Of a stretch of DNA of 64,000 nt, positions 52,013-61,472 are shown piece after piece; position 1 is the first letter of the stretch, and each line of letters starts with the position of its first letter. The notes under the pieces were generated by a model, which saw nothing but the letters and a program-made list of their open reading frames with translations, ran no database searches and was not told the origin of the DNA. Where the stretch lies: the NCBI GenBank assembly GCA_964498725.1, contig CAZCHS010000006.1, positions 1,968 through 65,967 of the forward strand. Reading direction: 5' to 3'. The DNA comes from an uncultured bacterium. GTDB taxonomy: Bacteria > Fidelibacterota > UBA2242 > JAFGTP01. The translations under genes were made by a program, and so were the position numbers.

Positions 52013-52423
52013 ATGACAAAGCATAAAAATATATTAACCATCCTTATATTATTGATTCCTATCGGTCTCGGTACAAAATATTATTCAGGTATCTGCTATA
52101 GATGGGTAAATAATTCCTTTAGTGATATTTTATACATCATTTTCTGGTCACTTCTGTTGTTTCTATTTGTTCCAAAACTGAAAATTCATGTTAATGTCAT
52201 AACCATTGTCCTGATCACTTCCCTGCTGGAAATACTACAATTGGTAAAAACAGATTTTTTAATTCAAATCCGACAAACTTTTCTGGGTAAGCTCTTGCTG
52301 GGTACCACATTTGTTTGGTCTGATTTTTTATATTATTTGATTGGCGGGCTGATCAGCTATATGATATTAAAAATTTATTCCAAAAATGAGTCTCCGGCTA
52401 AACATTCCCGGACGGCACACTAA
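52013..52423 (+). CDS. DUF2809-like membrane protein
   Basis: EILQL, LGKLLLGTTFVWSDFLYY. Confidence 0.75.
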   Translation: MTKHKNILTILILLIPIGLGTKYYSGICYRWVNNSFSDILYIIFWSLLLFLFVPKLKIHVNVITIVLITSLLEILQLVKTDFLIQIRQTFLGKLLLGTTFVWSDFLYYLIGGLISYMILKIYSKNESPAKHSRTAH

Positions 52424-52494
52424 AAATCATATTTTTAAAAGGCCAATACAACCTCCTACTCTAAAATTTCAATTTATTTTCAAAAAACAAATTC

Positions 52495-52510
52495 TGGCAA
52501 AGATTTTGCT
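52495..52510 (+). promoter_or_regulatory. Sigma-54 promoter (-24/-12)
   Basis: TGGCAAAGATTTTGCT, exact GG-N10-GC. Confidence 0.7.
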
Positions 52511-52566
52511 TGATAATATCGCATAAAATTTGATAAAAAATGATAAAATTCAATAAAAGAGAACAA

Positions 52567-54123
52567 ATGATGCTTACAAAAACTTTAAAATTACAAATCG
52601 TGCTATCAGTTTTAATCACCCTTTTCCTGGTATTACTGTCCTGTGATCAAGCTATCCTTAATTCCGAACCATTGGTTGAGTTGGTATTTGAGCCGGACAC
52701 TGTTTTGCCGGGGTCAACAAATATTTTAAAAGCCGTAGTCAGTGATCCGGACACAGATAAAGTAGAGATTACCTGGACCACCACCAGCGGAACCTTAAAC
52801 AGGAATACCGGAACAGAGGTCAAATGGACAGCACCGGATTTTTATACTGATGTTTTCATCACTGTTACAGCAGTAGATGAACATGATGCGGAAACTTCTG
52901 TAGAAAAAATTGTCTATGTTCGCAATATTAAACCTTTTATTCAAAATTTTTCTGCTGATGCTGATATTGTGTTAATTGGCAATCGGGTTAAGTTAAGCTG
53001 CGAGGCCAGGGATGAGGAAGAGTCAAAACTCACCTACAATTTTATTTCACAAAATGGCAAAGGCACCTTTTCTGAATTGGATGGAAAAGAAAACACAAAA
53101 ACCTGGAATGCTCCCTCTAATCAGGAGGACGCCGGCGATTATAATCTGATCGTAAAAGTCAGTGATTCCAATGGTGAAAGCGATTCTGATACCCTGAGTG
53201 TTTTGGTTTATTCTGATTATTCATCAGTTTGGGTGGTGGATAGTGAAAAACAAACATTAGAAAAATTTGGAAAAAATGGCGATAAAATATTGACAGCTGA
53301 GCAGGAATTGATCAAACCGATTTCTATCACAAACAATACAAATGAGTTTTACGGATGCTGGGTTGCGGATTATGAAGCGGCTAATATCTACAAAATCAGC
53401 GCAAAGGGTAAAACATTATCCACAATCGAAAATATCGGCAGAATCAGGGATATAAAAATTCATAAAGAATCCAATAAAATGGCGGCTTTAAATGTTGACA
53501 GCAACTATGTAGCAATCATCAATACCTATAACAATCGTATTGTAAAAAAAATAAAGGGTTTTACCGAGCCTAAATCCCTAACAGTTAATCAAATCAACGG
53601 AGATGTTTGGATATGCGAGCCCAATATCGACCAGGTTGTTAAATTTAATATCAATAATCCCCCTGACTCCGTGATGGCAAGTGATAAATGTACCATTATT
53701 ACAGAAAATCTTAATAACCCGGTAAATGTCCAAATCGGTTACAAAACGCCTACTATTATATATATAGCGGATAAAAATGATCACGAAATCGAACGAATCG
53801 ATTTTGCAACAGGAACCAGATTAAGTGCTGTAACCGGTTTTTTTCTGCCGGAACAAATCGAAGTTAGTTCACAGCAAAATGTCTGGATAATTGACCAGAA
53901 CGGCCTTTATTTTTTTCCCGAAGACAATATAAATGATGTGCAGCCTTCCAATATGCTGGCCCCGACAGAATTTTTCGATCCTCATGTTATTGACATCGAT
54001 GATAATGGCAATGTTTGGGTTGGTGACAACGGAAGCAAAAAATTGATCCGGATCAATCCGGTGGGCCAGGAAATATCCATATCCGGTTTTCAGTTTATCA
54101 ACGATATCATTGTTAATAAGTGA
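52567..54123 (+). CDS. Lipoprotein with two Ig/PKD-like domains and NHL-like beta-propeller
   Basis: LLSC lipobox, repeated WTAP/WNAP Ig motifs, VWVVD/CWVAD/VWICE/VWVGD blade repeats. Confidence 0.75.
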   Translation: MMLTKTLKLQIVLSVLITLFLVLLSCDQAILNSEPLVELVFEPDTVLPGSTNILKAVVSDPDTDKVEITWTTTSGTLNRNTGTEVKWTAPDFYTDVFITVTAVDEHDAETSVEKIVYVRNIKPFIQNFSADADIVLIGNRVKLSCEARDEEESKLTYNFISQNGKGTFSELDGKENTKTWNAPSNQEDAGDYNLIVKVSDSNGESDSDTLSVLVYSDYSSVWVVDSEKQTLEKFGKNGDKILTAEQELIKPISITNNTNEFYGCWVADYEAANIYKISAKGKTLSTIENIGRIRDIKIHKESNKMAALNVDSNYVAIINTYNNRIVKKIKGFTEPKSLTVNQINGDVWICEPNIDQVVKFNINNPPDSVMASDKCTIITENLNNPVNVQIGYKTPTIIYIADKNDHEIERIDFATGTRLSAVTGFFLPEQIEVSSQQNVWIIDQNGLYFFPEDNINDVQPSNMLAPTEFFDPHVIDIDDNGNVWVGDNGSKKLIRINPVGQEISISGFQFINDIIVNK

Positions 54124-54277
54124 AAAAAATTCACATAATGGAATAATTTTCCAATAGAAACGATTAAAAACAATAAAAAACGATAAAATTAAATAAAATA
54201 TGATAAAATTTAAAACTATATTAAACACCTTTAAAACAAGTAACTTAACCAAAATTTGATAAAGTTTGATAAAAGAC

Positions 54278-54293
54278 TGGCATTATGATTGTC
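54278..54293 (+). promoter_or_regulatory. Sigma-54-like promoter of fliK operon
   Basis: TGGCATTATGATTGTC (GG-N10-GT) after an AT-rich upstream region. Confidence 0.55.
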
Positions 54294-54325
54294 ATTTAAT
54301 AGAAAAAAGTAAAAAGAGAATATTT

Positions 54326-57300
54326 ATGATAACTTTAATAAAAAATACAGAAAACAGTAAACAGCAACTCTTCCCCTTTCATGTTGATAAAAACAACAGT
54401 AATGAAGAATCAGCACTTTTTGCAAATCTGCTCGGTATGGCAAAAAAAACCGTTGACAATGAAAGTAATGCATCAAATGAAAACCGGGAAGCCGCGGAAA
54501 AAGGCAATCTTTTCAAGTCCGTCGAATCACAAAAACAAGAGAACAAAGATACTGATAATATTGCCAGTGATGATAACGGAACCAGTGTCAATTTAAATGA
54601 AAACTTACCAGCACCGGGAGAGCAAATTGGTTTAAATTTAGTTATGCCGGAAAACACAGGCGCGGAAAAGCATGGTGCCGATAGTAATGAAATGATTACC
54701 GGTATCATTTTACAAGACGGTAAGATCATTAAAAATATAGTCTTTACAGCATCCTCTGCCGCTTCCGGTGATTTGCCTTCAGCTAATACGAATTCAGTGG
54801 ACAATAGCAATTTAACCGTTGCTGTGAAAGAAGTGAATGCTGATAAATTGAATTCCGAAAATATTATCTTTGCTAATGGAAAGGGTATCAGCGTATCAGA
54901 ACTGGAAAAACTCGGCTTTCAAAAATTAACAGATCAGTCATCTTTAGTGGATACGGAACTCAAAAAAATTGAAGCACAAATTCAGACCCTGATCAATAAA
55001 AGTCTTGCAAAAGATGACAATATTAATCTCAATGAGCAAATCAGTTCCGCTAATACCGCAAAAAATCAGAATACATCGGAAAATATAGATCAGGAGATAA
55101 AGCAGAATAGTAATCAGGAAACTCAAACAGATGGAAAAAATATTTACCATCAACAAGCAACAATAAAACCGGGAAATGCACAATTCTCCGAAAGCGTTAT
55201 TGCGAAAGATAATCTCGAATCAGGGATTAACTATAAAAATTCTCAATCCGGTGAAACCGGTACAGAAATTCTCAACAAATCAGCATTAGGTCAAAAAAGT
55301 GGAGACATCCAAACAAATAATCAATCCACAAAGAATGATATGCAAAATGCAGATGACAAATCATTCCAAAACCAGCAAAACAATCCGGTATCCGATAAAG
55401 CGGCAAACCTGGAAAATGAAACAATTGCCCAGGTGAATAAATCCAATCAAAATTCCAGTGCTGAAAATAGCAGTGTTAACCACACTACCGCCAAACCCAA
55501 TGATGCAGAACTGACAATGGCTTTTTCTAAAGAAGAAACGAATCTAAAAGAGAAATTGGGAGAAAATATTGCAACCGGTAGAAACAATGGTAATGAAAAT
55601 AATAAGGAAGCAGGCTTCAATGATACACAGTTGAAGAATAGCGAAAGTGTGTTTGGAAATAAAAATATAAAAGGTTCTGAAGTAAACACTCATTCAGATC
55701 AAGCACAAAATACTTCTTCAACAACTATTGGTAAAGAAGAAAACAAAGTAAATTCATCCGGAGTTAACAGCCGCAACCAGGTATCAAATGAAACTATTAG
55801 AGCAGAGCAAAACACAGGAAAATCATCCGCCAATATTAACGAAAACAACTCAAGCAAAACCAATCAATTTGCCAATGACCAGATCAATATCAAGCAAATA
55901 AATGACAATAAAGCCCGGAATGAATCACCGGATATATCAGAAAATTCACAGCAGGCTGCAAAAAACGAATCAAAAGGCCAAATAAAAGAAACCTTTTTTA
56001 AAAGCAGTTCTCTTAAAGCCAATCAAAACACTAACGAGCATGTTAAGACCCAGGATAATTCAGGCACTTTTGTGACCAAATCCGCAGAAGCAAATACAAC
56101 AAAAACTATCGCAACTGAGAACCCATCTGTGCAGGATAAAGATATCAGCAAAGACCCTAATTTGAACATCTCAAATCCGGAACCGGCAAAAGCTGCCATT
56201 AAAAACAATCAACAGCAAACAACAACCGCGAAGGTGGATAGTGAATCCTTTCAAGTTTCCAACAAAAATAATCAGTCGGCAAATACTGATAATTCCAATG
56301 CATTAAAAAACTCTTTTAATAGGGATATTGCAGAAAATAAATTCCAATTTACTAACAACAAGCCGACAATTGAATCCGGGAATATGAATATTGATAAAAC
56401 TGAAAAGACAGCAAATACAAATCCGGAGAACACATTCATAGGCCTTAACAACACCAATAAAAATAGTAATAAAAATCATAAAACTGACGGATTGGACAAT
56501 AGGGAATTGAAACCCACTATTCAAACCAATTCGATGAAATCCGAAAAGGATGATAATTTTTCTGCAACCACAGAAATTAAAAGTAAAAAAGTAAATACCG
56601 ATAATTTTAATGGGGAATCACGAACCATCAACCAAAACCAGGCAACAACAAAATCAGGCCCTGCAATGGCCTCAAACACAGAACAGGAAAGTAAAAAAGT
56701 AACTGCTGACCTCTTTAATGCGGAATCACGAACTGTCAATCAGAATCAAACAAATCTGAAGAATGAGGTAAAACAGTCATCCGAGCAAATTATTACAACA
56801 GAATCAAATACAAAACAGGACAGCAACCCGGATTTCTCACAATCCTCCCGTGACAGTTATGGAAATAATGATGCAAACGAAACTGTCCATAACAAATTCA
56901 CACCGGAGAAAAAATCCGACCGGAATGATAGCTTTGCTGATAAAGTATCTCAAAAGGATGAAGAAAAACAGAACAAAATCAACCCCTTAGCCGAGGCCAA
57001 CCCAACCCAAAAAATTCAAACACCCACACCTGAAACACGCCCGCTGGGCTATACCGATATCAGAGGTGTCATTCAAAAAATCGAAAGAATGGTGACAGAA
57101 GCCTCCCAAAATAAACTGAACAATACAAGTTTTTCATTAGACAGCAAAGACTTCGGCAAAATGGAAATTCGTATCCGCCAAAACAGTAAAGAAGATCAGG
57201 GTGTGATATTGGTGGAAAATCAAACAATCAAAGAACAAATCCAGAAATTTATTCCGGATATCCAGGAAAATTTAAATCAAAAGGGCGCTATGATTTCAGC

Positions 57301-57481
57301 CATTAATGTTGAAGTCAACAGCCAGAATGAAAACACTGATCCGCAAAGCCGGTTCAGTGGCAAAAAAAATAACCGTAAAGTGGATTCAACCAACAACAAT
57401 TATGCTTCCGCTTCGGAAATTGATACAAGAACAACTAAAACGCGAAGCTATGGTTACAATACCATGGAAGTCTTAGCGTAA
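54326..57481 (+). CDS. fliK: Flagellar hook-length control protein, very long (~1050 aa)
   Basis: Long N/S/Q/T-rich low-complexity region, C-terminal LDSKDFGKMEIRI T3S4-like domain, YNTMEVLA end; directly upstream of flgD. Confidence 0.85.
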   Translation: MITLIKNTENSKQQLFPFHVDKNNSNEESALFANLLGMAKKTVDNESNASNENREAAEKGNLFKSVESQKQENKDTDNIASDDNGTSVNLNENLPAPGEQIGLNLVMPENTGAEKHGADSNEMITGIILQDGKIIKNIVFTASSAASGDLPSANTNSVDNSNLTVAVKEVNADKLNSENIIFANGKGISVSELEKLGFQKLTDQSSLVDTELKKIEAQIQTLINKSLAKDDNINLNEQISSANTAKNQNTSENIDQEIKQNSNQETQTDGKNIYHQQATIKPGNAQFSESVIAKDNLESGINYKNSQSGETGTEILNKSALGQKSGDIQTNNQSTKNDMQNADDKSFQNQQNNPVSDKAANLENETIAQVNKSNQNSSAENSSVNHTTAKPNDAELTMAFSKEETNLKEKLGENIATGRNNGNENNKEAGFNDTQLKNSESVFGNKNIKGSEVNTHSDQAQNTSSTTIGKEENKVNSSGVNSRNQVSNETIRAEQNTGKSSANINENNSSKTNQFANDQINIKQINDNKARNESPDISENSQQAAKNESKGQIKETFFKSSSLKANQNTNEHVKTQDNSGTFVTKSAEANTTKTIATENPSVQDKDISKDPNLNISNPEPAKAAIKNNQQQTTTAKVDSESFQVSNKNNQSANTDNSNALKNSFNRDIAENKFQFTNNKPTIESGNMNIDKTEKTANTNPENTFIGLNNTNKNSNKNHKTDGLDNRELKPTIQTNSMKSEKDDNFSATTEIKSKKVNTDNFNGESRTINQNQATTKSGPAMASNTEQESKKVTADLFNAESRTVNQNQTNLKNEVKQSSEQIITTESNTKQDSNPDFSQSSRDSYGNNDANETVHNKFTPEKKSDRNDSFADKVSQKDEEKQNKINPLAEANPTQKIQTPTPETRPLGYTDIRGVIQKIERMVTEASQNKLNNTSFSLDSKDFGKMEIRIRQNSKEDQGVILVENQTIKEQIQKFIPDIQENLNQKGAMISAINVEVNSQNENTDPQSRFSGKKNNRKVDSTNNNYASASEIDTRTTKTRSYGYNTMEVLA
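56581..56750 (+). repeat. Imperfect tandem duplication (108-bp period) within fliK
   Basis: SKKVNTDNFNGESRTINQNQ (56581) vs SKKVTADLFNAESRTVNQNQ (56689). Confidence 0.8.
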
Positions 57482-57492
57482 AGGAGTAAAGT

Positions 57493-58191
57493 ATGCTAGA
57501 CACAGGCTCCATAACAGGCGATTCATTTGTTGGACAGGGAGAATTTGATGTTGAAAAATCAAGTAATGAAATGGGACGGGACGAATTCCTAAAATTACTG
57601 ACAGTTCAACTTCAAAACCAGGATCCTATGAGTCCAATGGAAAGTCAGGACTTCTCTGCTCAGATTGCACAGTTCAGTCAGGTGGAACAATTGGAAAATA
57701 TGTCCAATGGTATGACCAAGAGCAATGAGATCGACCTGATGCTTACACAGGCAATTACTAACACGATGTCCACAACACTTGTTGGGAAACGGGCGAAAGT
57801 TGCCGGTGACCAGGTAATGATTACAAAAGACGGAACTGCCGATGTATCCTTCAAACTTGACCGCAGCGCCAGTGCTATCAAAATCAACATTCGTGATGCC
57901 AAAGGAAATACCATCAGAACCATCGAAAAAACCGGAATGGTGGAAGGTAACCACACGGTGAACTGGGACGGCCTCGATAAAAATGGTGAGAAAATTTCTC
58001 GTGATAAGGAATATACCTTTGAAGTCGAAGCTATGGATTCCGATGGCAATTCTGTTCCAGTCACTCCCTATATGGTTGGTGTAATACAAGGCGTTGAGTA
58101 TGCGGATAACTCAACACTTTTGATCATGAACACAGGGCAGAAAGCACCCTTTTCAACCGTGCTGGAAGTCATTGCACCTGAGGATTTTTAA
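57493..58191 (+). CDS. flgD: Flagellar hook capping protein
   Basis: FLKLLTVQLQNQDPMSP, AQFSQVEQL, WDGLD. Confidence 0.96.
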   Translation: MLDTGSITGDSFVGQGEFDVEKSSNEMGRDEFLKLLTVQLQNQDPMSPMESQDFSAQIAQFSQVEQLENMSNGMTKSNEIDLMLTQAITNTMSTTLVGKRAKVAGDQVMITKDGTADVSFKLDRSASAIKINIRDAKGNTIRTIEKTGMVEGNHTVNWDGLDKNGEKISRDKEYTFEVEAMDSDGNSVPVTPYMVGVIQGVEYADNSTLLIMNTGQKAPFSTVLEVIAPEDF

Positions 58192-58210
58192 TTAAACCGG
58201 TGAGATTACT

Positions 58211-58615
58211 ATGAAGATAAGTGATTTACAATTCAACAGAAATTTACAGAATATTGATGCTACCAGAAAGCATCAGAATATTCCGCAATCGAATTCATTC
58301 AAACCTGCTGAGAAAAATGAACACCGGAAAAATTTTGCAGAAGTTCTGGGCAATCAGTTACAACCCCAAAAAGAGATTGTATTTTCTGCCCATGCCAAGC
58401 GAAGAATTACTGACAGAAATATCACTGTCGATCTTGAACGGTTGGAATCCGGTATCGAGCAGGTCAATAAAAAGGGATCAAACAATTCATTGGTAATGAT
58501 TGACAAGGATGCCTTTATCGTGAATGTAAAAAACAAAACCGTTATTACTGCTGTCGACCAGCAGTCAATGCAGAACAATGTTTTCACAAACATTGATAGT
58601 GTTGCAATAGTATAA
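58211..58615 (+). CDS. TIGR02530-type flagellar operon protein
   Basis: FSAHAKRR, KGSNNSLV, VKNKTVITA, VFTNIDSV; between flgD and flgE. Confidence 0.88.
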   Translation: MKISDLQFNRNLQNIDATRKHQNIPQSNSFKPAEKNEHRKNFAEVLGNQLQPQKEIVFSAHAKRRITDRNITVDLERLESGIEQVNKKGSNNSLVMIDKDAFIVNVKNKTVITAVDQQSMQNNVFTNIDSVAIV

Positions 58616-58628
58616 AAATGAACAATAC

Positions 58629-58681
58629 AGGGCTGGCCCTCGCAGAGGAGGCCCTTCATCCGCCGAATGATTGACGCGGAT
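58629..58681 (+). ncRNA. Two-hairpin structured leader upstream of flgE
   Basis: GC-rich island in AT-rich DNA: AGGGCT/GGCCCT enclosing CCTC-GCA-GAGG, then ATCCGC-CGAATGATTGAC-GCGGAT, just before the AAGGAGG RBS. Confidence 0.55.
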
Positions 58682-58701
58682 ATTAAAACAAGGAGGTCAC
58701 A

Positions 58702-60609
58702 ATGGCTTTATCATTTCAAATTCCGGTTTCTGCTTTATCACAACATCAAAACAGAATCGAATTACTCAGTAAAAACATTTCCAACTTAAACACCTTTGGT
58801 TACAAAGGCAGCCGGTTAACTTTCATGGAAACATTGGGAAGTGTTTCCGGCGTCAGCCAGTTTCAATTCAAACAAGGTAATATTACCGCCACCGGCCGTA
58901 CCACAGATATGGCAATTGACGGCGACAGTTTCTTTGTATTAAAAAATTCAAACAGTGAAAACACTTATTCCCGACTTGGTGCTTTCAATATTAATGAACA
59001 GGGACGTTTAGTAAATACTGATGGCGATGTTGTACAGGGATGGCTTCGCGATATCTCACTGAATAATCCAACATTATCAAAAACCATGAGCGATATTGTT
59101 GTTGATCCCAATCTGAAAAAACCCGGCCAGGCAACGGAAAATGTGTTCCTTTCAGGCAACCTTAATTCGGGTATTGAATCTGTCAAAGAGGTGTGGGAAT
59201 CAGCCACAGGCTTCGCGGCCAATGATAATATTATTGAAAGTAGCGGCGTTACACTTCCTTTAACAGTTACCAGTGGTGTAAATGATCAATTCAATGTCAG
59301 TTTTAATGGTGGTGTTGACGAAACCGTAACCCTGTCAGCCGGTAATTACAACTCGCTGGATAGTTTAGCGGCGGAGATCAATGCAAAAATAAGTACCAAT
59401 GCCAATCTTTACGGCAAAATTCAGGCTTTCAATGCAGGTGGTGTCCTGCAGATTAGAAACACTGCCGGCACAAATGGCGATGTTATGACACTTTCTGCCG
59501 GTACCAATGATTTGCTTTCCAGCATCAATGTCACACCGGATTCTTCAACCTATCAGGAACCTACAACCAATACTGAACTCAATTCCCTGCTACAGGTAAC
59601 CAAAGCATTACAAGATGACGATACAATTGAAATTACCGGAAAAGATTCCTCCGGTGAAAGTATATCAGCGACCTTTACCTATGGTACCGACGGAACAACT
59701 GTAGAGGATTTATTGAGCACTATAAATACTGCTTTTTCCGGTAGCGCAGAAGCGACCTTTGAAGATGGGAAAATTATTCTCACTGATCTTGAATCAGGAG
59801 AAAGTAATTCCACAATCAGTATGGTGACTTCCAACTCCAGTGCCGGGCAGATCACAATCCCGAGCTTTACCAATAGCGCCGAAGGGTATACGGCAAGAGT
59901 TACCACTTCTGTCATTGCTTATGATAGTTTAGGCAACAGCCATAATGTTACCCTCGATTTTATTAAACCAGATAACAGCAGTGAAAATTATGGTAAATGG
60001 GACTGGGAAGCTTCAGTAGGCGGAAATGAAAATATCATTAACGGTGGCTCCGGTTCAGTCGAATTTGACGCCGATGGTAATCTAATCGCTTTCCGGTATG
60101 ACGGCGGCGTGGACTCACTTTCCATTGATCCGCAAAACGGCAGTGAGTCCATCAAGATGAAACTACAGGTTGGCGCCCAGGGTGAATACTCAGGCTTAAC
60201 TCAATTTAATACTGTCAGCAGTGTAGAAGTCAGAGACCAGGATGGAAATGCAGCGGGTAAAATAAATGGTATAAAAGTTGAAACTGATGGAAGCATTGTT
60301 GCTTCTTTTACAAATGGAACCGAAGATATGATCGCTCAGTTAGCCATGGCTAAATTCTCTAATCCTAACGGGTTAACTAACATGGGATCAGGAAATTTCA
60401 AAGAAAGTGCTGATAGTGGCGTGGCCAATATTGGAAAAGCCGACAGCCAAAATTCTGAAATTATTTCCGAATCTCTGGAAAGTTCTACCATGGACCTGGC
60501 TGACCAGTTTTCAAAATTGATTGAAGCACAGAATGCCTACCAGGCTTCTGCCAGGGTTGTCAATACAATTCAGGAAATTGCTGACCAGGCAGTAAGTTTG
60601 AAAAGGTAA
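58702..60609 (+). CDS. flgE: Flagellar hook protein (635 aa, inserted domain)
   Basis: NISNLNTFGYK, TGRTTDMAIDGDSFF, YDSLGNSH, LESSTMDLADQFSKLIEAQNAYQASAR. Confidence 0.93.
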   Translation: MALSFQIPVSALSQHQNRIELLSKNISNLNTFGYKGSRLTFMETLGSVSGVSQFQFKQGNITATGRTTDMAIDGDSFFVLKNSNSENTYSRLGAFNINEQGRLVNTDGDVVQGWLRDISLNNPTLSKTMSDIVVDPNLKKPGQATENVFLSGNLNSGIESVKEVWESATGFAANDNIIESSGVTLPLTVTSGVNDQFNVSFNGGVDETVTLSAGNYNSLDSLAAEINAKISTNANLYGKIQAFNAGGVLQIRNTAGTNGDVMTLSAGTNDLLSSINVTPDSSTYQEPTTNTELNSLLQVTKALQDDDTIEITGKDSSGESISATFTYGTDGTTVEDLLSTINTAFSGSAEATFEDGKIILTDLESGESNSTISMVTSNSSAGQITIPSFTNSAEGYTARVTTSVIAYDSLGNSHNVTLDFIKPDNSSENYGKWDWEASVGGNENIINGGSGSVEFDADGNLIAFRYDGGVDSLSIDPQNGSESIKMKLQVGAQGEYSGLTQFNTVSSVEVRDQDGNAAGKINGIKVETDGSIVASFTNGTEDMIAQLAMAKFSNPNGLTNMGSGNFKESADSGVANIGKADSQNSEIISESLESSTMDLADQFSKLIEAQNAYQASARVVNTIQEIADQAVSLKR

Positions 60610-60634
60610 GCGCTAGTTGAAATTATAACCAATA

Positions 60635-60663
60635 ATCCGCCCGGGCATGATTCCCGGGCGGAT
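60635..60663 (+). other. Strong intercistronic stem-loop (no U tract) between flgE and motA
   Basis: ATCCGCCCGGG-CATGATT-CCCGGGCGGAT, 11-bp perfect stem. Confidence 0.7.
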
Positions 60664-60683
60664 ATACAAATTAGAAGAGTGAT

Positions 60684-61472
60684 ATGGATATTGCTACAAT
60701 TCTCGGTATTGTTTCAGGTCTTACATTAGTTGCGATGGCGATTTTAGGTAATGGTGAAATCACAACCTTTTTACATTTGCCATCGCTAATGATTGTTGCC
60801 GGCGGAACCGGCGCTGCCATTTTTGTCAATTTTGCCATGAAAGAAGTTTTCGGTGTTATGAAAGTCGTTCGAAAGGTCTTTACCGATGACGGGCGTTCAG
60901 AAGTGGAAACTATTGAAGTTTTTGAAGAACTAGCCAAGCGCTCAAGACGTGAAGGTATACTGGCAATTGATAAATACCTGTCAAATGTAGAAGATGAATA
61001 TATGAAAGCGGGGCTTGAGATGGCAGTCGATGGAACTGAGCCCGAAACAATCAGAGAAATTATGGAATCAGAATTAAATTACTTAATTGAAAGACATAAA
61101 AAAGGACAGCAAATATTTATATCATTAGGGACCTATTCGCCGGCTTTTGGAATGATTGGTACATTGATAGGTCTTATTAATATGCTCCAGGGGCTGGAAG
61201 ACCCTTCATCTTTGGGTGAAGGAATGTCAGTCGCCCTGATCACTACTTTTTATGGTGCCTTCATGGCCAATTTGTTGTTTTTGCCGATTGCCGGTAAACT
61301 CAAGATCAGATCAGATCATGAAGTTGTCCACAAAGAAATGGTCATAGAAGGAGTTTTGGCAATCCAAATGGGTGAACACCCGAAAAATCTGGTCAGAAAA
61401 TTACTCAATTTCCTGCCGCCCAATGTCAGGCAGGAATTTCTAATGGACGAAAGTGATTCGGAAAATGAGTAA
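60684..61472 (+). CDS. motA: Flagellar stator A subunit
   Basis: RREGIL, PAFGMIGTLIGLI, VALITTFYG. Confidence 0.95.
   Translation: MDIATILGIVSGLTLVAMAILGNGEITTFLHLPSLMIVAGGTGAAIFVNFAMKEVFGVMKVVRKVFTDDGRSEVETIEVFEELAKRSRREGILAIDKYLSNVEDEYMKAGLEMAVDGTEPETIREIMESELNYLIERHKKGQQIFISLGTYSPAFGMIGTLIGLINMLQGLEDPSSLGEGMSVALITTFYGAFMANLLFLPIAGKLKIRSDHEVVHKEMVIEGVLAIQMGEHPKNLVRKLLNFLPPNVRQEFLMDESDSENE

Noticed and set aside
54326-57481. Low-complexity region as adhesin or repeat array
   Set aside because: C-terminal FliK domain and position before flgD explain it; no regular nucleotide repeats beyond one duplication
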